From a virus (taxonomy: Duplodnaviria > Caudoviricetes): DNA of 33,519 nt. A program made the position numbers and the translations under genes. Below the pieces are notes generated by a model. That model saw only the letters and a program-made list of their open reading frames with translations, did no database searches and had not been told where the DNA came from. Where the stretch lies: the IMG/VR virus record IMGVR_UViG_3300005758_000106, positions 1-33,519 of that record; one strand, written 5' to 3'. Below are positions 25,906 to 33,519 of this stretch, piece after piece; within the stretch, counting starts at the first letter, position 1, and every line of letters begins with the position of its first letter.

Positions 25906-26271
25906 ATGGCATATAGTTATATTTGGCCTACATCTCTTCCTCAAATGCCTCTGGATAGTTATTCGGAGACAACTGGTGTATCTGTAATAAGAACACAACC
26001 GGATTCTGGTCCAGCAAAAATGCGTAGAAGAGCTAGAAGACCAGATACTTTAAGTGTTCAATATAATATGTCAACTTCACAGGTTGAGACACTTAGAGCC
26101 TTTGTTCAAGATACATTAAGAGGTACTACTCGTTTTGGTTATACGCATCCTAGAACAGGTAGTATTGTAGAAGTTAGAATTATTCCGCAGGGGGATGGTC
26201 AGATGTATACTACATCGTATATCCTTCCTGATTACTGGCGAGTATCATTGGAATTGGAGGTATTACCTTGA
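25906..26271 (+). CDS. Distal tail protein (gpM-like)
   Basis: 121 aa after the tape measure gene. WPTSLPQ...IRTQPDSGPAKMRRR...F.YTHP. Confidence 0.75.
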   Translation: MAYSYIWPTSLPQMPLDSYSETTGVSVIRTQPDSGPAKMRRRARRPDTLSVQYNMSTSQVETLRAFVQDTLRGTTRFGYTHPRTGSIVEVRIIPQGDGQMYTTSYILPDYWRVSLELEVLP

Positions 26272-26789
26272 GCAGATTATCATCAATGTCACCTTCTGCA
26301 TTGAGGGCAGTGTTTTCACCAGATGCTGATGATGATCTCATTATTCTTTTAACCATCTATGATCCTATCAATGAAAGTCAAGTAGTTGCTAGGATCGCTG
26401 ATGGTTATACTAAAAGAATTTCTGAAACAAGTGAAGAAGTAATTTATGGTGTTACCAGTAATGGTAATGACTATACTTTCCTACCTATGGAAATCTCTCT
26501 TCCATCAGAAGATGAAGCTCAAGCTCCTAGATGCTCAATTGTAATGCACGATGTTACTAGGCACATTACTCCTATTATTCGTACAATTACAGCGCCACCC
26601 AGAATCAAAATGGAATTGGTATTATCAAAAACTCCAGATGTAGTAGAAGTTTCATTCTCTGATTTTTATATCAGCAATTTTAGTTACAATGTAGATTCTG
26701 TTTCTGCTGAAGTATCCATGATTGACTACGAAAGAGAACCATTTCCAATGCATTCTTTTACCCCGCAATATTTCCCAGGTATGTTTTAA
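26268..26789 (+). CDS. Tail tip / hub protein (DUF1833-like)
   Basis: 173 aa, TTG start overlapping the upstream TGA, SD GGAGG. Motifs GVTSNGNDYTFLPMEISLP and EPFP...FTP..FPGMF. Confidence 0.72.
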   Translation: MSRLSSMSPSALRAVFSPDADDDLIILLTIYDPINESQVVARIADGYTKRISETSEEVIYGVTSNGNDYTFLPMEISLPSEDEAQAPRCSIVMHDVTRHITPIIRTITAPPRIKMELVLSKTPDVVEVSFSDFYISNFSYNVDSVSAEVSMIDYEREPFPMHSFTPQYFPGMF

Positions 26790-26800
26790 GTAAGGCTATT

Positions 26801-29800
26801 ATGCAAATCGAAAAGTACATAGGACTAAAATATAAAGAAAAAGGTAGAGACTTTGATGGTCTTGACTGCTGGGGATTGGTACGTCTATTTTATAAGAATG
26901 AATATAAAATTGATTTACCAAGCTTTAGTTCTGAATATGAACAAACAGATGTTCAACGTATTCAAGATTTGATTGCTCAATATAAAGAAGGTTGGGAATC
27001 AATCGAAAAACCAGTTGAAGGTTCCATTGTACTATTCAGAGTTTTGGGAACTGAATCACACGTAGGTGTTGCACTAAACGAAGAGCAATTCTTGCATGTT
27101 CGTGAGAATCAAGATAGTGCTATTGAAAATTTATCTTCACCTTTTTGGAAGAAGAGGATTGTAGGTTATTTTAAATATTCAGAAAATAAAAGTGTTATTC
27201 TGAATGCTGTACCTCATCCATTACGTACTGAGCGTTATACTATCCCAATTCTACCAGGGACAAATCTATCTTTATTAGTTAGCAGCTTAAATAAAGAATA
27301 CGGTGTAGCAGAAGAATTAAAATCTAAAGTTAATATTCTAGTAAATGGTATAGTTGTAGATCAAAAAGATTGGGAAACTACAATACTCAATGAATCCGAT
27401 ACTGTAGAATATAGAGCAGTACCTAGAGGTGGTAATACTGGCAGATTAGTTGCTGTATTAGCATTAGCCTTCGTAGCACCTCAACTAGCAGGTTGGGCAG
27501 AAAGCGCATATTTTGCATCTGCTGGTGTAGCCGGTGGCGCTACAGCTTTCACCACTACTGCTGTATATGCTGCTGCGTATGGTGCCACAATGCTTGCTGG
27601 AACCGCTTTAATTAACGCTATTGCACCAATCAGGCCACCTGTCGGAGGTGCTTCAGCTTCTGGTAATAACCCAGGTTCAGCTGAACGACAGTTGATGGTC
27701 AATGGTGGTGCCAATAGGATCAATCCCTACGGTTCTATCCCTGTAATTTTAGGTAGAGTAAGAGTAACCCCACCACTTGGTTCTGTTAATTATTTAACAT
27801 ACGATGAAGGTAGAAATAGCTATCTGAGCATGTTACTGGTTTGGGGATATGGTCCATTGTACATTGATGTTAATACATTCCGAATTGGTGATGTTCCATT
27901 ATTAAATTATAGTAATTACCAGATTGCTACTATTTCAGGTGGAGGGTATCCCGTAGAACAATACAATGAAGGTACTTTTAATGAAATATATGGAAAAGAT
28001 GTAGACCCTGATAATTTAAATATTCCAATCACTTGTGAAGGTAATCCAGAAAATAGGGAAACATATTTGAGTGGAGATTTAACTATCGTAGACGATGGTG
28101 GTGGTTTTGTTTCGGAATATAAAATGAGTGCCAACTTATCTTCTGTGGTATCTGGTAGAACATTCTCTATTCAATTTACATCTAATACTACTAACTGGAG
28201 CATAGTTGGTACTGGTGTTACTAATTTAAATATTCAATCTCCGAATAGTACAACTCGTATTGTAACTGGTACAACTACAAGTACGACAGCTTTTGTTGAA
28301 GCCAGATATTTAGCTGCACCAGTTGGAGAATCATTAATTGCAAGTTTTATAGGATATCTATATACTTCATTAACCCCCGGAAGTTATATTGAAAGTTCTA
28401 GTGATCAAAATAATAATTTTAAAGCGTTGATTGCTGTACATTTTCCACAAGGTCTTAGAAAAATTAAAGTTAAAGGATCAGATGCTGGCAATGCCGAAGA
28501 AACTTCAGTAAGATTTAATATTGAAAAATCAGAAGATGGTATTAATTGGGTAAGTTCTGGATCAGCTAGTTATCTTGAAGTTAAGAGTAATAATAAAGAT
28601 GCATTTACTAATGTTTTTGAGGTATATAGACTTTCAGGTACTGAAGTTCTAAAGTATATTAGAATTAGAAGAATTACCGGAGATAATACAGAAGATATTC
28701 CCGATTATAGATACTATCACGATACTGTATTATTAAATGTAAACTACATTTCAAATCAAAAACCAGCAGTTAATCCTAAAGACTGTCTCATTGCTAAGAC
28801 AGCCATCAGAATTAAAGCAACAGACCAACTGAGTGGAAATCTAGAAGGTTTCAATGGTGTAGTTCAGACATACGCTAAAGTGTGGAATGGAACAGATTGG
28901 GTAATGGATGTAACCAGTAATCCTGCTGCACTTTTCAGATATGTTCTAGAACACCCAGGTAATCCAAGAAAGGTAACTAATGCTGCATCTCAAATCAACC
29001 TAACGCAGTTACAATATTTCTTTGAGTATTGTGCAGCAAAGGGATTTGAATATAACGCAGTTTTGGCTGACACTAGAAGTGTGCTAGATGTATTGCGCGA
29101 TATTTGTGCTGCGGGTAGAGCTAGTCCAGCCATCATTGATGGTAAATGGACAGTAATCATTGATGAAGTTAAACCAAATATCATTCAGCATTTTACTCCG
29201 CACAATAGCTGGGGATTTGAAGGTAATAAGCCATTACCTAAAAAACCAGATGGTTTACGTGTAACATATTTTGATGAGGCTAGTAACTATCAGGAAAATG
29301 AAATCATTGTATATGATAATGGTAAAGATGCAAGTAATTCATCACTATTTGAAAGCTTAACTCTCCCTGGTGTTACTAAAAAACAATTAGTAATTGATCA
29401 TGCTAAGTGGCATTTTGCTCAAATCAAACTAAGACCAGAAGTATATACTCTTAATGTAGATATTGAATATCTTGTTTGCAATAGAGGCGATAGAGTTAAA
29501 GTTACTCACGATGTTCCAATGTGGGGATTGGGTAGCGGTAGAATTAAAAATGTCATTAATTCTAACAAATTACAGTTAGATGAAGCAATGCCTATGGTAG
29601 CTGGTAGAGCCTATACCATAAGGATTAGAAAAAATGACGGAAGTTCTATTGTAGCAACTGTAGCTTCTAAATCTTCCGATGGATATTATGATGAGATAGA
29701 TTTAGCAGTTGTACCTAGTGGTGCTAATTTAGAAAGTGGTAATTTATTTTTATTTGGTGAAATCAATAGTGAAAGTCAAGACTTATTAGTATTGAGCGTA

Positions 29801-32050
29801 GAGCCTTCTAATAATAAAACAGCTAGACTTACTTTAGTTGATTATGGTGTAACTTCTGAATATAATATTTTTACTGATTATTTAAATCTAAGTTCATCTA
29901 CAGTATTTGAAGCGCAAATTACGCAATTACCAAGACTTAGAACCGAATCTTTTGGTGATAATACTCCTACTATTACTACATTTGTCAGTGATGAATCTGT
30001 AATGGAACAAATTTCTAAAGGCGTATTTAAATATAATATGACCGTTGGTTATTATAATCCATATCAGTTACCTACAATGGTTCAAAGTGTACAGGCTCAA
30101 TATGATTTGGCTTCTGCTACTGATACTTTAAGTTCTAAATATGTTTCAGTTGATTATCAAAATGGTGGTATTTCAATTCCTGATGTAATCGAAGGTGAAA
30201 CATATAAAGTTAGACTTAGATATGTATCGAGTAATGGTATTGTTGGAAAATGGTCTGAATATAGTACTCATACTGTAACTGGAAAATCTAATCCTCCAAG
30301 TGATATTTTAATTTCTACAATTTCTACTATTGGCGATAAATCTAATGGTCAAGTTAATATTTCCTGGCCTCGTAGTCCTGAAATAGATGTTAGTAAATAT
30401 GAAATACGTAGAACTAATACCAATTGGGGCTTGGATAATGGTGATTTAATTTATCTTGGAGATAATACAAATACTCAAGTAACTTTTCAACCTAGTTTCT
30501 CGTATTTTATTAGACCGATAGATTATTTTGGTAATTATAGCGTAAACGCTACAGCAATTATCTATATTGCTTTACCAGTTCCTAATCCTAATAATTTTTC
30601 ATCAAGTTTCTCAACTACTGGTCTTACGAATATTTTCTGTTCTTTGAAATGGGATCAAGTAACAACTTCTGAATTTAACATTGCATATTATGAATTATCT
30701 TACGATTCTATCGTGGAAAAAATTCAAACTACATCTTTCGATGTTAAAGCTGATTGGTTAGGTTCAAAAGTATTTACTCTTAAGGCAGTTGATATTCATG
30801 GAAGAAAATCTTCTGGTGTATCTATTAGCGCACAAAAAGCTAGACCAAATCCACCAACAAACTTGAAAACTCAAGTAATTGATAATACAGTCATGTTGTA
30901 TTGGAAAAATCCAGTGGTAACTACTCTTCCCATTAATCATGTATTGGTTAAGAGAGGACCAAGCTGGCAATCTCCGGATTTTGTAATTGGCGAAAAGAAG
31001 GGTGAATTTACTACAAGTATTGAAAATACAGGTGGTCAATTTACTTATTGGTTAGCTGCCGTGGATACAAGTGGTGAAGAAAGTGATCCTGTACCAGTTA
31101 CTACTGTTGTTACCGAACCTCCTGATTTTATATTTCATGGAGACTTCAATTCAAACTTCAATAGTGTATCTAGTGTGTTCAGCAATGCAGTCAGAGATGA
31201 CGGTGGAGTTGTTGCACCAGTAAATACTACTGAAACTTGGGAACAGCATTTTACCAGTAGAGGATGGAATACGATTCAAGATCAAACTGGTGTTTCAAAT
31301 AATAATTATCCCTATTATGTACAACCTACTAACAGTACAGCATACTATGAAGAAATTTTCGTAAGTAGTTCGATACTAGAAAGTAGTAAAATTACGTTGG
31401 CATATACTGGTGAAATAATTGTGGCGCCCGTAAATGTAGTACCTTCGATTGCTATTTCAGAAGATGGAATTACATATACAACTTATGATGGTACAACTAG
31501 TATATATGGAATTAATTTTAAATACATTAAAATTAGACTTACTATAACTAGCTCTACGGATAAAGGTTTATATAAATTAAAAAGTTTATATTTAAAACTT
31601 GACGCAAAGTTAAAGAGTGATGCTGGTAAAGTTACCATTACTTCCACTTCATCAGAAGGAAAAATAGTTAATTTTAATAAAGAATTTATTGATGTACAAA
31701 GCATTTCTGTTTCTGCGAATGGTACAGGATTTTTAAATCCAGTATATAATTTCAAAGATAATATAGTAATTGCTACGTATTCAGTATCTTCCAATGTCTG
31801 TACAGTAACATCTAACAATCATGGATTGATTGCTAATCAGAAAGTTAATTTAATGTTCTCTTCTGGTACTGGAATTGAGGGGATTTATACAATTACTTCA
31901 GCTACCACAAATACTTTTACGGTTACTATGAATACTACTAATGGATCGGGAAATTGTAGATTCTACCCTGAATCATTTACTGTATTTTTATTTGATTCAA
32001 ATGGTAATCAAGTAACAGGTGAAGTATCGTGGACAGCTATTGGATATTAA
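26801..32050 (+). CDS. Fused tail tip protein: NlpC/P60 peptidase (gpK-like), ubiquitin-fold gpI-like domain, gpJ-like tip attachment protein with FN3-like domains
   Basis: 1749 aa. N-terminal YIGLKY...GRD..GLDCWGLV...HVGV...FLH, then ILVNG....W....L...D.VEYR.VPRGG, then PYGSIPVILGR, HFPQGL, TSNPA and RGDRVKVTHD. Confidence 0.88.
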   Translation: MQIEKYIGLKYKEKGRDFDGLDCWGLVRLFYKNEYKIDLPSFSSEYEQTDVQRIQDLIAQYKEGWESIEKPVEGSIVLFRVLGTESHVGVALNEEQFLHVRENQDSAIENLSSPFWKKRIVGYFKYSENKSVILNAVPHPLRTERYTIPILPGTNLSLLVSSLNKEYGVAEELKSKVNILVNGIVVDQKDWETTILNESDTVEYRAVPRGGNTGRLVAVLALAFVAPQLAGWAESAYFASAGVAGGATAFTTTAVYAAAYGATMLAGTALINAIAPIRPPVGGASASGNNPGSAERQLMVNGGANRINPYGSIPVILGRVRVTPPLGSVNYLTYDEGRNSYLSMLLVWGYGPLYIDVNTFRIGDVPLLNYSNYQIATISGGGYPVEQYNEGTFNEIYGKDVDPDNLNIPITCEGNPENRETYLSGDLTIVDDGGGFVSEYKMSANLSSVVSGRTFSIQFTSNTTNWSIVGTGVTNLNIQSPNSTTRIVTGTTTSTTAFVEARYLAAPVGESLIASFIGYLYTSLTPGSYIESSSDQNNNFKALIAVHFPQGLRKIKVKGSDAGNAEETSVRFNIEKSEDGINWVSSGSASYLEVKSNNKDAFTNVFEVYRLSGTEVLKYIRIRRITGDNTEDIPDYRYYHDTVLLNVNYISNQKPAVNPKDCLIAKTAIRIKATDQLSGNLEGFNGVVQTYAKVWNGTDWVMDVTSNPAALFRYVLEHPGNPRKVTNAASQINLTQLQYFFEYCAAKGFEYNAVLADTRSVLDVLRDICAAGRASPAIIDGKWTVIIDEVKPNIIQHFTPHNSWGFEGNKPLPKKPDGLRVTYFDEASNYQENEIIVYDNGKDASNSSLFESLTLPGVTKKQLVIDHAKWHFAQIKLRPEVYTLNVDIEYLVCNRGDRVKVTHDVPMWGLGSGRIKNVINSNKLQLDEAMPMVAGRAYTIRIRKNDGSSIVATVASKSSDGYYDEIDLAVVPSGANLESGNLFLFGEINSESQDLLVLSVEPSNNKTARLTLVDYGVTSEYNIFTDYLNLSSSTVFEAQITQLPRLRTESFGDNTPTITTFVSDESVMEQISKGVFKYNMTVGYYNPYQLPTMVQSVQAQYDLASATDTLSSKYVSVDYQNGGISIPDVIEGETYKVRLRYVSSNGIVGKWSEYSTHTVTGKSNPPSDILISTISTIGDKSNGQVNISWPRSPEIDVSKYEIRRTNTNWGLDNGDLIYLGDNTNTQVTFQPSFSYFIRPIDYFGNYSVNATAIIYIALPVPNPNNFSSSFSTTGLTNIFCSLKWDQVTTSEFNIAYYELSYDSIVEKIQTTSFDVKADWLGSKVFTLKAVDIHGRKSSGVSISAQKARPNPPTNLKTQVIDNTVMLYWKNPVVTTLPINHVLVKRGPSWQSPDFVIGEKKGEFTTSIENTGGQFTYWLAAVDTSGEESDPVPVTTVVTEPPDFIFHGDFNSNFNSVSSVFSNAVRDDGGVVAPVNTTETWEQHFTSRGWNTIQDQTGVSNNNYPYYVQPTNSTAYYEEIFVSSSILESSKITLAYTGEIIVAPVNVVPSIAISEDGITYTTYDGTTSIYGINFKYIKIRLTITSSTDKGLYKLKSLYLKLDAKLKSDAGKVTITSTSSEGKIVNFNKEFIDVQSISVSANGTGFLNPVYNFKDNIVIATYSVSSNVCTVTSNNHGLIANQKVNLMFSSGTGIEGIYTITSATTNTFTVTMNTTNGSGNCRFYPESFTVFLFDSNGNQVTGEVSWTAIGY

Positions 32051-32062
32051 TAAGGAAATAAC

Positions 32063-32932
32063 ATGGCAAATCATGCAGAGCCAACATTAACAAATACATA
32101 TGTCGAGGTTCTATCTAAACTAGATGCTCGGTTCGATGATCAAGCTAAAATGTTTGATCCTGCTACAGTAGATACAACTGTAACCAATATCCCATCTGGT
32201 ACTATTCAGTGGGATAGTGCTTCCAATAGTTGGAAAAAATATAACGGTACATCTTGGGTAGCGTTATCCACTAGTTATGCTATTAATATTAGTGGTAACG
32301 CAGATACTGTTGATAATAAGAATTTTCAACCTTCCAATTTTAGTGTAAATGGTATTTTATATGCTAGTGATACTAATGTTGCAAGTTGTACTTCCGGTCC
32401 AGCTTTTGGATCAACAACATCCATAATGCAAATAACCTATGGTTCTGCGCCAGGATGGGTTGATAAAAGTTCTGTAACCGTAGGTGGTTCTGATACAGTA
32501 AAGATTTATACTCCGGATGCCTTTCAATCGGGTGAATTTTTAGTTCATTTTGGTAGCTTTAATCCTCTTTCGCTTAATCCTTACGAAATCGTATATGTAA
32601 GCACCAAATTGACTTTTAATTCAACTTCCGGTGATCTTACAGCTACTGGTAACGTAACTGCTTATTCTGATATTAAATTAAAAACTGATTTAGTTAAAAT
32701 ATCAGAAGCTTTGAGTAAAGTTAAGCAATTGACAGGATATACCTACACTAGGCTCGATACTGGTGTTAGACAAACTGGATTAATCGCTCAGGATGTCGAA
32801 AAAGTATTACCTGAAGCAGTAAAACAGGGAGAACATTTGGCTTTGGCTTATGGCAACATGCTGGGTCTAATTGTTGAAGCAATCAAGGAATTGGACTCTA
32901 AACTTGAAGAAATCAAGTCAAAGTTAAATTGA
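32063..32932 (+). CDS. Short tail fibre with C-terminal peptidase S74 chaperone
   Basis: 289 aa. GNVTAY|SDIKLK at 32666, GLIAQDVEKVLPEAV, AYGNMLGLIVEAIKEL coiled coil. Confidence 0.85.
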   Translation: MANHAEPTLTNTYVEVLSKLDARFDDQAKMFDPATVDTTVTNIPSGTIQWDSASNSWKKYNGTSWVALSTSYAINISGNADTVDNKNFQPSNFSVNGILYASDTNVASCTSGPAFGSTTSIMQITYGSAPGWVDKSSVTVGGSDTVKIYTPDAFQSGEFLVHFGSFNPLSLNPYEIVYVSTKLTFNSTSGDLTATGNVTAYSDIKLKTDLVKISEALSKVKQLTGYTYTRLDTGVRQTGLIAQDVEKVLPEAVKQGEHLALAYGNMLGLIVEAIKELDSKLEEIKSKLN

Positions 32933-32935
32933 TTC

Positions 32936-32964
32936 TTGAAATAACTGTAAATTTATGATATAAT
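32936..32964 (+). promoter_or_regulatory. sigma70-type promoter with extended -10 (lysis cassette)
   Basis: TTGAAA (32936-32941), 17 bp, TATAAT (32959-32964), TG at 32956-32957. Confidence 0.85.
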
Positions 32965-32973
32965 AATATCATT

Positions 32974-33010
32974 AGGGCTAGCCTTTATTGGCTGGCCTTT
33001 TCTTTTTATT
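32974..33010 (+). terminator. Hairpin / intrinsic terminator immediately downstream of the promoter
   Basis: AGGGCTAGCC-TTTATT-GGCTGGCCTT followed by TTCTTTTTATT. Confidence 0.72.
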
Positions 33011-33037
33011 TAATTGATTATTTAGGCGAGAAATATT

Positions 33038-33289
33038 ATGACGGTAGAATCTCACGGTGCATTTGATACAACAATGGCAGCAATTGGTAGTAAAGCTACA
33101 TACACTGGAGCAACTACCAGTATTTTAGGATGGATTATGTCCTCGGAATTCGGTGTTTTAATCGGTATCATATTAGGTGTTGGTGGTTTTTTAGTAAATT
33201 GGTACTATAAAGCCAAGCAGGATAAAAGAGAACAAGAACTGCACGACCAACGTATGAAAAACGAGATCAGACCTTTTGGTTTAGAATGA
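33038..33289 (+). CDS. Holin (phage 21 S / HP1-like, probable pinholin)
   Basis: 83 aa. Weakly hydrophobic first segment, then transmembrane FGVLIGIILGVGGFLVNWYYK and a charged tail. Overlaps the endolysin start. Confidence 0.85.
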   Translation: MTVESHGAFDTTMAAIGSKATYTGATTSILGWIMSSEFGVLIGIILGVGGFLVNWYYKAKQDKREQELHDQRMKNEIRPFGLE

Positions 33290-33519
33290 TGCTTAGTCGC
33301 CAAAATGTAGCTGCACTGGTACTGAGTGCTACCGCTTTAATCGGTATAGCGGTAACTGAAAGCTACAGGGATACAGCATACATTCCAGTACCCGGAGATG
33401 TGCCTACAATCGGTTTTGGGAGCACTACTAATGAAGATAGTACCCCTGTACGTCTAGGACAAAGAACGACTCCTATAGCGGCTTTAAAGAGGCTTGGTAA
33501 GGATGTTGAGAAGTTTGAA
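33286..33519 (+). CDS. SAR endolysin, GH24 lysozyme (3'-truncated, not in ORF track)
   Basis: MMLSRQNVAALVLSATALIGIAVTESYRDTAYIPVPGDVPTIGFGST...: Ala/Leu-rich N-terminal SAR segment, then catalytic Glu and the PTIGFG motif. ATGA overlap with the holin. Confidence 0.88.
   Translation, partial: MMLSRQNVAALVLSATALIGIAVTESYRDTAYIPVPGDVPTIGFGSTTNEDSTPVRLGQRTTPIAALKRLGKDVEKFE

Noticed and set aside
677-31818. Other short overlapping or minus-strand ORFs in the track (e.g. 2398, 4568, 5829, 16978, 20336, 25294, 27481, 31483)
   Set aside because: All are shadows of well-supported + strand genes, with no minus-strand promoter, SD or motif support.
33038-33076. Lambda S-type dual-start holin/antiholin
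   Set aside because: The second Met is 12 codons downstream with no SD and no intervening Lys/Arg, which does not match the M-K-M pattern.
1-33519. Stop-codon reassignment (no gene here ends in TAG)
   Set aside because: All genes are intact in the standard code with no in-frame TAG. Absence among ~29 stops is unremarkable for an AT-rich phage.
1-33519. CRISPR array, tRNA genes, introns, inteins, homing endonucleases, integrase or att sites
   Set aside because: Intergenic gaps are short and explained by promoters and terminators. No spaced repeats, cloverleafs or LAGLIDADG/HNH/intein motifs were seen.

Overview
Virion morphogenesis and lysis region of an AT-rich (about 35% GC by sample counts), long non-contractile-tailed dsDNA phage. 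All real genes are on the + strand. Order: terminase large subunit (5'-truncated), portal, a ~12-kb block (two ChaB-like proteins, a collar-like beta-sandwich protein, two long fibres, a gp38-like beta-propeller adhesin, small fibre-associated proteins), XkdF-type prohead protease, scaffold, head decoration protein, major capsid protein, head-tail connectors, tail terminator, tail tube, tail assembly chaperones, tape measure, distal tail, hub, a fused NlpC/P60-gpI-gpJ tip protein, a short S74 fibre, pinholin-like holin and a SAR endolysin (3'-truncated). Five near-consensus extended -10 sigma70 promoters and several intrinsic terminators are visible. The most notable observations are: (i) a multi-part fibre/adhesin apparatus inside the head module, with a GC-rich cassette swapped in at repeated linkers; (ii) a +1 UUU_CGA frameshift in the tail chaperone; (iii) two promoters followed immediately by a terminator-like hairpin with the same TTTATT loop; (iv) small domains bracketed by putative [ILV]xK|[AS] maturation sites in head proteins; (v) near-exclusive CTA leucine codons in the capsid genes. 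Family assignments come from motif recognition by eye, not database searches.
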